Position numbers and translations under genes: made by a program
From: Phycisphaerales bacterium
Lineage (GTDB): Bacteria > Planctomycetota > Phycisphaerae > Phycisphaerales > UBA1924
Length of the DNA stretch: 64,000 nt
NCBI GenBank assembly: GCA_965227775.1
Contig: OZ245777.1
Location: 1,312,001-1,376,000, forward strand
Reading direction: 5' to 3'
Shown here: positions 42,669 through 51,041 of the stretch, piece after piece
How the letters are laid out: every line of letters starts with the position of its first letter
How positions within the stretch are numbered: position 1 is the stretch's first letter
Notes under the pieces: generated by a model
What the model saw: the letters and a program-made list of their open reading frames with translations, nothing else
Databases searched by the model: none
What the model was told of the DNA's origin: nothing

Positions 42669-44177
42669 ATGACGCGTTCCCGCTTCCACCTGATGCTGAC
42701 GATCATCGCGTGTGTGACCGCCGGCTTGTGGGCCCAAGAAGACGAGCGTCTACCGCCCGGGCTGCAGGCCACCGTCGATGCGCGCAACATCGCGATGGCC
42801 GTCATCGTCTATGCCGACAGCAACGGAACACTGCCGAGTGACATGAGAGCGCTCGCCGACGGACGATTCCTGCCCAGCCCAGGCTCCCTGAACGACGATG
42901 CTTCAGCGTGGGTCGCCCATGGCACCCCCTTCGAGTACATCGGGGTCGAGGGTGTTTCACCAAGCGAGGTTCCCGACTGGGCCGACATCGTGGTCGCGCA
43001 CGCGTCGCTGGACAAGCCTTTCATTGGTGAGCCCCATCCAGACAATCCCCATGGCACCTGGGTCGCGGTCGCGTTTCTCGATGGACACGCCGAGTCCGTA
43101 TCGGTCGAAGAGGCGCGATGGCTCATCGATGAGTCCAGGCGCACGATGGAGGCCATCCGCGACGGCGCGCCCCTGCCGATGTACCGGCAGGTCGAGCAGG
43201 ACGCAGCCAGGCTTGCCCAGGCGATGCGCTCGTACGCCGAGCGAAACGAGGGCATCGCCCCGCCCGACTGGGCATCAACGTTCGCGTTCCTTCAGTCGAA
43301 CGATCGGGATGCGCAAGAGGCCAACCTGCTCAAGATCTACCTCTCGCCCCGGGCTCGCGACACCACGTTCATCCCGCAGTTCGAACACGACGAAGAACGC
43401 CACGATTGGATCAACGCGAACAGCATGTGGGAGAGCCATGCCCACGGGGCGAACCTGTGGAACGTGCCAAACCCGATGTTCACGGCGCTGCTCTCGGCCA
43501 GGAGTGATGCCTGGGTGCAATCCCCCGACCGACGCCTACGCGAGCACGTGCGCCGCCTCGCGTTCGCGATGGTCGACTCGCGCAGCGGTCTGGTCGATCG
43601 CGAGGTCATCGAGGCTCGTGCGCGGCACGCCGAGGCGCTGTTCGATGCCATGCGGGAGGACGCGCCACTGCCTCCGCTCGACGACGCGATGCACGATCTC
43701 AAGGTCCTCAGCCTTGCCATTGCCGCGTACGCGAGGGACAACGACGGCTACCTACCCGGAGACCTCGGGGAACTCGTGCCACACCTCGAACAGCTCTGGG
43801 GCGTGCACGCGCGCGAGCCCGCTCGCGTGTTCCTCGTGCGCGATGATGAGTTGCCCGCGCTTACGGCAGCCAAGCCCGATGCCGACTGGGTGCGAGCTCA
43901 TTGCTCATATGTGTACCTCGGCGACCCAACCGTCCGTCTCTCGGATCTTCGTGGCACGCCGGCCAGCATCCTGCTCCATTCGCCACTCGACAGGCCGTTC
44001 GTGATCGAGAGCCCACTTGAGAACGACAAGCGAGTCCCATTTGCAGGGCCTCCGGTGGGCGTCACGCTCAATCCGGGCGAGGGATCATCGCCGCCGATAT
44101 TCATCTTCCCCCCGGCATTCCTCGAAGAGCAGGCCAAGGCTTCGCGCGAGGCCATCGGCGCGCTCGTACAGAAGTAA
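42669..44177 (+). CDS. secreted protein with three DUF1559/pilin-like repeats
   Basis: Three copies of (N/R/V)(I/L)xxAxxxYAxxNxGxxPxD; VAFLDGHAE. Confidence 0.65.
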   Translation: MTRSRFHLMLTIIACVTAGLWAQEDERLPPGLQATVDARNIAMAVIVYADSNGTLPSDMRALADGRFLPSPGSLNDDASAWVAHGTPFEYIGVEGVSPSEVPDWADIVVAHASLDKPFIGEPHPDNPHGTWVAVAFLDGHAESVSVEEARWLIDESRRTMEAIRDGAPLPMYRQVEQDAARLAQAMRSYAERNEGIAPPDWASTFAFLQSNDRDAQEANLLKIYLSPRARDTTFIPQFEHDEERHDWINANSMWESHAHGANLWNVPNPMFTALLSARSDAWVQSPDRRLREHVRRLAFAMVDSRSGLVDREVIEARARHAEALFDAMREDAPLPPLDDAMHDLKVLSLAIAAYARDNDGYLPGDLGELVPHLEQLWGVHAREPARVFLVRDDELPALTAAKPDADWVRAHCSYVYLGDPTVRLSDLRGTPASILLHSPLDRPFVIESPLENDKRVPFAGPPVGVTLNPGEGSSPPIFIFPPAFLEEQAKASREAIGALVQK

Positions 44178-44310
44178 CTCGACCGCATTACCGGGCCGCA
44201 AACGCGACGCGACAACGAAACAGGTTCCGGTGGGAGGCGTATACATCCCCATTCCGCGCTGCGGCCTGCCCGGCTTCGGTGCTTCGTTCACAGGACTGGG
44301 GAGGTCCACC

Positions 44311-45441
44311 ATGCCACGCCGCACCGTTCTCGCGGGCATCGCCTGCGCTGTTGTTGCTTCAGCCGCTGCCACGGCCGCAGCACAGGAGTTCCAGCCCTTC
44401 GCCGATTACTTCCGGCAGGATCACACCCGCTGCCTGACGCCCGACGCGCGTCTGCTGCCGGGTATCGACAACCCGAGTGACTGCTCGCTCTCGAGCACGA
44501 ACCCCGACTCGGCGTACGACCCGAGCAACGGCGTATATCGCATTCCCGTGGTCGTGCACGTCATCCAGCGGACCGACGGCACCGGCGCCCTGAGTGACGC
44601 CCGCGTGACCTCGCAGATCGACATCCTCAACGAGGACTTCCGCGCGATCGCCGGCACGCTGGGGGCGCCTGGCACCGACGTGGGCATCGAGTTCTACCTC
44701 GCGACAGAAGACCCCGACGGCAACCCGACCACCGGCATCACGCGCACCACCAACAACACCTGGTTCAGCGACCGCGGTCGGTACTGGGAAACGCTCGCGT
44801 GGGACACCAACCGCTACATGAACGTCTACACCAACAACGCCTCCGGTGCGCTCGGCTACGTGCCGAACCTGCCCCAGGGCGGCATTGTCGGCCTGCCCGA
44901 GGATCGCGTCGTTGTACTGCACTCCGCATTCGGCCGCGGCGCGCCGCTGGTGCCGTTCAACCTGGGCCGCACGCTGACCCACGAGGTCGGCCACTACCTC
45001 GGCCTCTATCACACGTTCGACGGCAGCTGCGGATCGGTGAGCGCCTGCGATCGCACGGGCGATCTCATCTGCGACACCAACGGCCAGAGCAGCCCGACGT
45101 TCGGCTGCCCTGGCTCTCGCAGCAGCTGCGGCCTGCCCTCGCCCTTCGACAACTACATGGATTACTCCGATGACCGCTGCATGAACAAGTTCACGCCCAT
45201 CCAGGCCCGCCGCATGCGGTGCACGCTCGAGAATTACCGCCCGGACGTGTACTCTGCTGCGTCTGCCGGGTGCTCGCCGGCCGACCTGGCCGAGCCATTC
45301 GGCGAGCTCAACGTGTTCGACTTCCTCGCGTTCCAGAACCTGTTCAGCACCGGCGATCTCGAGGCCGACTTCGACGGCGATGGCGAGCTGACCATCTTCG
45401 ACTTCCTCGAGTTCCAGTCTCAGTTCGCCGGCGGCTGCTGA
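44311..45441 (+). CDS. secreted M43 zinc metalloprotease with GC-ending dockerin-like domain
   Basis: IPVVVHVI, QIDILNEDF, GRTLTHEVGHYLGLYHTF, NYMDYSDD; ADFDGDGELTIFDFLEFQSQFAGGC. Confidence 0.9.
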   Translation: MPRRTVLAGIACAVVASAAATAAAQEFQPFADYFRQDHTRCLTPDARLLPGIDNPSDCSLSSTNPDSAYDPSNGVYRIPVVVHVIQRTDGTGALSDARVTSQIDILNEDFRAIAGTLGAPGTDVGIEFYLATEDPDGNPTTGITRTTNNTWFSDRGRYWETLAWDTNRYMNVYTNNASGALGYVPNLPQGGIVGLPEDRVVVLHSAFGRGAPLVPFNLGRTLTHEVGHYLGLYHTFDGSCGSVSACDRTGDLICDTNGQSSPTFGCPGSRSSCGLPSPFDNYMDYSDDRCMNKFTPIQARRMRCTLENYRPDVYSAASAGCSPADLAEPFGELNVFDFLAFQNLFSTGDLEADFDGDGELTIFDFLEFQSQFAGGC

Positions 45442-45454
45442 CGCGTCCGAAGAC

Positions 45455-46102
45455 TCAAGGAGTGCTTCGCCCTCTGGCCGGTTCGTCCCCATCGGGTCGG
45501 ACCGGTCTTGTCATTTCGATAGCCTGATCGAGCCTGGCGGCGATGATCGCCGTCAGCGGCGCATCGAGCGTTGCTGTCAAACCAAGATCGATGCGCGCCG
45601 TGCCCAGTGGGTCGACCACGCCCGGCGTCGAGCGCGTCAGACGCATCGTGCCGTTGCTGAGCACGCCCGCGAGCACGTCGGCCCCAGGGCGGGCATTGGG
45701 TCGCAGCAGGCCCGAGCCGCCATACACCGCGAGGGTGCCGTCGTTGATGACCAGGTGTTGGATCACTGTGTTGCCCGCCGAACTCGAAAGCGGTGTCTTG
45801 CCCGCCACGGGCACGGCGAACATTCGGACCCGCGTGATCTGGCCGCGCACGCCCTCAAAGCCCCGGGCGGGGTCGAGGTCTTCGATCACGAGGTCCGTTG
45901 CCAGGATTTCTGCGTGCGTGTCGCCCGTGCTCCGATAGGCCACCATGGTCGGCCGATGCGAGAGGGCCGCGGCGCCACGATCATTGCGGATGCTCTCAAT
46001 GCGAACGCGATCCGGTCCCACGCCGCAGGCCGCGAGCAGCACGCACGCCGAGACACCCAGAATGCCGGCGACTCGGGTGATGTAGGGTGTGTTCGGTCCC
46101 AT
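45455..46102 (-). CDS. hypothetical lipoprotein
   Basis: LLAAC lipobox; PVAGKTPL, VYGGSGLL. Confidence 0.6.
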   Translation of the reverse strand: MGPNTPYITRVAGILGVSACVLLAACGVGPDRVRIESIRNDRGAAALSHRPTMVAYRSTGDTHAEILATDLVIEDLDPARGFEGVRGQITRVRMFAVPVAGKTPLSSSAGNTVIQHLVINDGTLAVYGGSGLLRPNARPGADVLAGVLSNGTMRLTRSTPGVVDPLGTARIDLGLTATLDAPLTAIIAARLDQAIEMTRPVRPDGDEPARGRSTP

Positions 46103-46274
46103 GGGCTGCGTTCCTTGCGGCCGAACCGCGCAATCGGTGGGTACCAGAGGTGCCTCGCGGGAAGGAAAACCCGAATGCCAGCGTTTGTTCCTCTGGCGGT
46201 CCGCGATGCAGCCGAACGCTAGGTCGGGTGGTATAGCTGATCGGCCCGAAGCAGATTTCCAAGGAAGGCACACG

Positions 46275-47267
46275 ATGCGCGTCCTGATCACGACCGTCAG
46301 CCTGCTCGCCCTTTGCGGCTCCACGTTCGCCCAGCAGGGTGTGCGCGCCAAGAGCCCCCGCCGCGACGCGGGCCAGCACGCCCTTCGCATGATCGCCGAG
46401 TCGCAGGCCAACCGCAACATCGGCCGGCCCTCGCCCTTCACGGGGCCGACGCACGTCGCGCCGCGATATGGACACTCCTACGGCCGGACGATCGTTCACG
46501 GCGGCTCATTCGGCGGCTTCCATGGCAAGCCGTACTACCGGCCCCACGACATCATCCACGTCGGGCGCTCGCCGTTCATCTTCTACAACGGCGGCTACTA
46601 CCGCTACCGCGGCTACGACCCTTACTACGAGCCCACGCGCCGCCAGGTCGTGCAGAGCCCCACCGTCATAGTCATCGATCGCACGGGCGTGCGCACGAAT
46701 GAGGTCGAGCCGTCCGAGCCCATCGAGCTCACCGATGCCGATCGTGTAAGCCCACTCGAGCTTGGGCGCGAATCACTCGTCGCGGGCGAGTCCGAACAAG
46801 CGGTTCGCTTACTCACCGAGCACGTGCTGGTGAACGAGGGTGATCGCCGCGCCGAGCGATTGCTGGGCGTCGCGCTCGTGCTCGATGGGCAGACCGAGCT
46901 GGGTATCGCCGTCATCGGGCGCGCGTACCGCGGCGATCCCGAGATGGCCTTCGCGCCGCTCGGCCGAGACACCATCGACTCGCTCGCCGCATGGCGCCGC
47001 GTGCAGCGCGACGTGCAGCGGTACGCCCAGGTGCAACGCACGGCTTCGTCCTGGCTCGCCGCGATCGCCGTCACCCAGGACGAACTACCCAACCGCACGC
47101 ACGAAGAACGCCTCGAGCACGCGCGCCGCGCGGGGCTTGACGTCGACGTCGTAGATGCGTTCCAGCGATACCTCGAGGGCGGCGAGCCGATCAAGAAGCC
47201 CGAGCCCGCCGAGCGGGAGGCAGACGCCGAATCGGCCGAGGCTCGAGAGGCCAAGCCCGAGCAATAG
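46275..47267 (+). CDS. secreted hypothetical protein (His/Tyr/Gly-rich segment, helical C-terminus)
   Basis: Signal peptide MRVLITTVSLLALCGSTFA; TPR-like C-terminal half. Confidence 0.65.
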   Translation: MRVLITTVSLLALCGSTFAQQGVRAKSPRRDAGQHALRMIAESQANRNIGRPSPFTGPTHVAPRYGHSYGRTIVHGGSFGGFHGKPYYRPHDIIHVGRSPFIFYNGGYYRYRGYDPYYEPTRRQVVQSPTVIVIDRTGVRTNEVEPSEPIELTDADRVSPLELGRESLVAGESEQAVRLLTEHVLVNEGDRRAERLLGVALVLDGQTELGIAVIGRAYRGDPEMAFAPLGRDTIDSLAAWRRVQRDVQRYAQVQRTASSWLAAIAVTQDELPNRTHEERLEHARRAGLDVDVVDAFQRYLEGGEPIKKPEPAEREADAESAEAREAKPEQ

Positions 47268-47270
47268 GGA

Positions 47271-48470
47271 CTACTTGCTCGCGGCCATCGCCTCGACGAA
47301 CGCGTCAAACAGGTAGTCGCTCTCGTGCGGCCCCGGGCTCGCCTCGGGGTGGTGCTGCACTGCAAACACCGGCCGGTCCTTCAAGCGAAAGCCCGCGACC
47401 GTCTTGTCGTTCAGGTGCGTGTGCGTCACCTCGCCGCCCACGGCCGCGAGCGATTCGGCGTCGACCGCGAATCCGTGGTTCTGGCTCGTGATCTCAACGT
47501 GCCCGGTGGCCGAGTGGAACACCGGCTGATTGGCGCCGCGATGCCCGAACTTCAGCTTGTAGGTCTTGGCGCCAGCCGCGAGCGCGAGGAGCTGGTTGCC
47601 CAAGCAAATGCCGAAGGTTGGCAGAGTCTGGCGCTGCTCAAGCACGGACTTAAGCGCGTCAATCGTGGCTTCCACCGCCGCCGGGTCGCCCGGGCCGTTG
47701 CTGATGAAGAGCCCGTCGGCCTTCTCGTGGTCAAGGATCTCCAGCAGCTTGTCGGCCGGCGTGTCGAAGGGCACGGCCACAACCTCGCAGCCGCGGCTGA
47801 GCAGTTGATCGTAGATCGCACGCTTGGCACCGCAATCGAGGGCGATGACCTTGAACGTCGGGCCGCTGGTCTTTGCTGGCTTGAGACGCCAGAGCCGATG
47901 GCCGGGCTCGATGCGCGTCGTCGATCGTGGGCTGACGTCGGCGGCCAGATTTTGGCCGGCCATCGAGCCAACGCTGCGCGCCATCTTCACGAGCTCGGCG
48001 TCGCCGATCGAGTCGTTTGCGGTCATCGCCGCGCCCATCGCACCGCCCGCGCGGATGCGCCGCGTGAGTGCCCGCGTGTCGATGCCCGTGATGCCCAGGA
48101 TGTCGTGCCGCTCGAGGAATTTGCCGAGGGTCATGGTCGCGCGATAGTTGCTGTGCCGCTGTGCGAGCTCCCGCACCACGAGCCCGGCCGCCTGGATGCG
48201 CGCGCTCTCCATGTCGATGTCGTTCGCGCCCGTGTTGCCGATGAGCGGGAAGGTCTGGACCAGGATCTGCCCGCGGTAGCTCGGATCGGTCAGGCTCTCC
48301 TGATAACCGGCCATCGCGGTGTTGAACACGATCTCGCCCGTCGTCACCGCCCCCTCGGTCGCCCCGAAGCCCGCCCCCTCGAACACCGATCCGTCCGCGA
48401 GCGCCAGGCGAGCCCTTGGCATGCGGGCTGTGGCAGCGGCTTGTGCGGTGTGTGATTGGGTCGTCGGCAT
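47271..48470 (-). CDS. carA: carbamoyl-phosphate synthase small subunit
   Basis: GEIVFNTAMAGYQESLTDPSY, SNGPGDP, FGICLGNQ, TSQNHGFAV, HPEASPGP. Confidence 0.96.
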   Translation of the reverse strand: MPTTQSHTAQAAATARMPRARLALADGSVFEGAGFGATEGAVTTGEIVFNTAMAGYQESLTDPSYRGQILVQTFPLIGNTGANDIDMESARIQAAGLVVRELAQRHSNYRATMTLGKFLERHDILGITGIDTRALTRRIRAGGAMGAAMTANDSIGDAELVKMARSVGSMAGQNLAADVSPRSTTRIEPGHRLWRLKPAKTSGPTFKVIALDCGAKRAIYDQLLSRGCEVVAVPFDTPADKLLEILDHEKADGLFISNGPGDPAAVEATIDALKSVLEQRQTLPTFGICLGNQLLALAAGAKTYKLKFGHRGANQPVFHSATGHVEITSQNHGFAVDAESLAAVGGEVTHTHLNDKTVAGFRLKDRPVFAVQHHPEASPGPHESDYLFDAFVEAMAASK

Positions 48471-48535
48471 GTTTCGCGGCACCTCTCGGGAATTCTGCAT
48501 TCATGCTAGGTCGAAACGCTAGTATCACCCTGTAA

Positions 48536-48551
48536 GTTAATGTATACTAAC
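48536..48551. promoter_or_regulatory. AT-rich imperfect palindrome, possible repressor operator
   Basis: GTTAATGTATACTAAC (12/16 self-complementary) in the divergent carA/oxidoreductase spacer. Confidence 0.45.
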
Positions 48552-48570
48552 ACTTGTGACCGGGGGTGAC

Positions 48571-50007
48571 ATGCATTCCGAAGGACTTTCAGAAGTTGCC
48601 GATGTGCACTCGGCCTTGAATCGAGCCAGCGTCCGGCTGGATCGGCCCGACTCGGTCGAGCGTGTCTCCGAGCTGGTGCGCCGAGCGCGAGCGACCGGCC
48701 GACCGCTCGCGATGGCCGGCGGTCGGCACGCCATGGGCGGGCAGCAATTCCTCCACGGCCACGACCTGCTGGACCTTCGTGGTCTCGACCGCGTCCTGGG
48801 CTTCGATCACGAGCGCGGCCTGGTGCGAGCCGAAGCGGGGATCCAGTGGCCCGCACTCATCGAGGGCATCCACCGTGCGCAGCGCACCATCGAGCCGGAT
48901 CGTCCTTCCCGCTGGGGCATCGCCCAGAAGCAGACGGGCGCGAACAACCTGACGATCGGCGGGGCACTCGCGGCAAACGTCCACGGCCGCGGGCTGCTCA
49001 TGCCGCCGTTCGTTGGCGACATCGAGCAATTCACGCTTGTCGATGCGGATGGCACGCCCCGAACGTGCAGCCGGGACGAGAACGCCGACCTCTTCTCGCT
49101 GGCCATCGGCGGATACGGGCTCTTCGGCGTCGTGACCGACGTGACGCTCCGGCTCGCACCACGCCGCGTGCTCCGGCGCCTCGTGCGCGTCATCGATATC
49201 GAAGACGCCGTGCCCGCAGCCGAGCGTCGCATCAGCGAGGGCTTCCTGTACGGCGACTTCCAATTCGACGTTGATCCCGAGTCGCCCGACTTTCTCACCA
49301 AGGGCGTGTTCTGTGGATATCACCCGATTAGCGACGACCGCCAGCCACCAGAGGATCAACGCAAGCTCTCGCGCGACGACTGGCTCGACCTGCTCACGCT
49401 GGCTCATACCGACAAGGGAAAGGCCTTCACGCTCTACGCCCAGCACTATCTGGCGACGGACGGCCAGCTCTACCACAGCGACACCCACCAGCTCAGCGAA
49501 TACCTCGATGGATACCACGCCGAGATCGACGAACGCCTGGGGGCTTCATGTCCGGGTTCGGAGATGATCACCGAGCTCTACGTCGCGCCCGATCGACTCG
49601 TGGAGTTCCTGCGAGCAGCCGCAAAGCTGCTGACCGAGCGAGACGCCCAGGTCATCTACGGCACGATCCGCCTCATCCAGCCCGATACCGAGACCGTAAT
49701 GGCCTGGGCATCGCAGCGCCGCGCGTGCGTGATCTTCAACCTGCACGTCGACCACGACGAGCCCTCGATCGCTCGAGCTGCGGCGACCTTCCGCGAGCTC
49801 ATCGATCTGGCGGCGAGCATGAACGGCAGCTACTACCTGACATACCACCGCTGGGCAACCGCCGGCCAACTCGCACGGTGCTATCCGCGAGCGGACGAGT
49901 TCTTCGAGGCCAAGCAACGCATCGATCCCAGCGGCGTGTTCGACAGCGACTGGCATCGCCACTATTCGCCGTATTTTGTGGCAGAGCGGGCGGGCAGGCG
50001 TGATTGA
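48571..50007 (+). CDS. FAD-binding oxidoreductase (VAO/ALO family)
   Basis: GGRHAMGGQ, TIGGALAANVHGR, IGGYGLFGVV, GSYYLTY, DPSGVF. Confidence 0.85.
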   Translation: MHSEGLSEVADVHSALNRASVRLDRPDSVERVSELVRRARATGRPLAMAGGRHAMGGQQFLHGHDLLDLRGLDRVLGFDHERGLVRAEAGIQWPALIEGIHRAQRTIEPDRPSRWGIAQKQTGANNLTIGGALAANVHGRGLLMPPFVGDIEQFTLVDADGTPRTCSRDENADLFSLAIGGYGLFGVVTDVTLRLAPRRVLRRLVRVIDIEDAVPAAERRISEGFLYGDFQFDVDPESPDFLTKGVFCGYHPISDDRQPPEDQRKLSRDDWLDLLTLAHTDKGKAFTLYAQHYLATDGQLYHSDTHQLSEYLDGYHAEIDERLGASCPGSEMITELYVAPDRLVEFLRAAAKLLTERDAQVIYGTIRLIQPDTETVMAWASQRRACVIFNLHVDHDEPSIARAAATFRELIDLAASMNGSYYLTYHRWATAGQLARCYPRADEFFEAKQRIDPSGVFDSDWHRHYSPYFVAERAGRRD

Positions 50008-50848
50008 AGGCAAGGCCAGCTCCACCGCGCGGCTCATCGCATTCGCGACCATCGTCCACGAACACCGGGCGCCAGAGGGTTCCGCACGTTGGTGCGCGAG
50101 GTTTCTCGGGCGCGGCCGAGCACGACGCGCTGCCATCTCGATGCTCAAGACCAAGCCCGCTCGAGCGATCGGTCGTGGTCTCGAGCGGTTGCTTCTCCGG
50201 GGCATCGTCGACCATTGGATGCGACGCAAGCATGAGATCGACGCGTTGGCCCGCTCGGCCGCCGCCGATGGGTTCGACCAGCTGCTCGTGCTCGGCGGTG
50301 GTCTCGACACGCTGGCCTGGCGCAGTGCGGAGGCGGGCTCGTTCGCTCGCATCGTCGGCGCTGATCATCCGGCGACGCTGGCCGCCGTACGACGAGCCGA
50401 GGTGCCACCGCCCCGCATGACGCTCGCACAGCTCGACCTCCGCGACGGCATCGACCGCGAGGTCATCGATGCACTCGACCCTGCCGCCGATGTGCTCGTT
50501 GTGATCGAGGGCGTCCTGATGTACCTGCCCGAACGTTCGGTCGAACGCGTGCTGAGGGACATCGCAGCTCTGCCCAACCCGCGTGTCCGGCTCGTAGCGT
50601 CCTGGATGGTGCAGCAGCCCGGTACCGACATCGGGTTCGGCGGGCAGAGCTCGCTCGTCGGTCGCGGGCTGAAACGATGCGGCGAGCGGATGGAATGGGC
50701 AGTGACGCCAGAAGGCTTGGATGACCTGCTCGCCCAGTGCGAATTCACTAGCGCACGACAGATCCGACTCGACACGCGCCAGATCGATGGAAGGTCCGAT
50801 GTCGGCATCGGCCTACCAGATGAGCGGCTCGTCGTGGCGGAGCGATGA
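50000..50848 (+). CDS. class I SAM-dependent methyltransferase (LCM-like)
   Basis: ASSTA, VLGGGLDT, DHPAT, IEGVLMYL. Confidence 0.82.
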   Translation: MIEGKASSTARLIAFATIVHEHRAPEGSARWCARFLGRGRARRAAISMLKTKPARAIGRGLERLLLRGIVDHWMRRKHEIDALARSAAADGFDQLLVLGGGLDTLAWRSAEAGSFARIVGADHPATLAAVRRAEVPPPRMTLAQLDLRDGIDREVIDALDPAADVLVVIEGVLMYLPERSVERVLRDIAALPNPRVRLVASWMVQQPGTDIGFGGQSSLVGRGLKRCGERMEWAVTPEGLDDLLAQCEFTSARQIRLDTRQIDGRSDVGIGLPDERLVVAER

Positions 50849-51041
50849 ACCGCTCGATTCCCCGCACCCGCTGCTCGTGCGGCTCACCAACATCGCTGAC
50901 AAGGCGATCCGCGTCGCTCGCAACGCCGACGCCTCCGTTCGAATCCGAATCTTCGCACAAAATGACCGCAACGCAGACCGAGGTTCGTGGTACATTATCA
51001 CGAGCATGGGGCGTAACGCCTCGGCCCTGGGGAGCCTGTTG

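Noticed and set aside
48495..48510. TGCATTCATGC as an ARG box upstream of carA
   Set aside because: Half-site spacing is too short for ArgR, and no similar box precedes argC.
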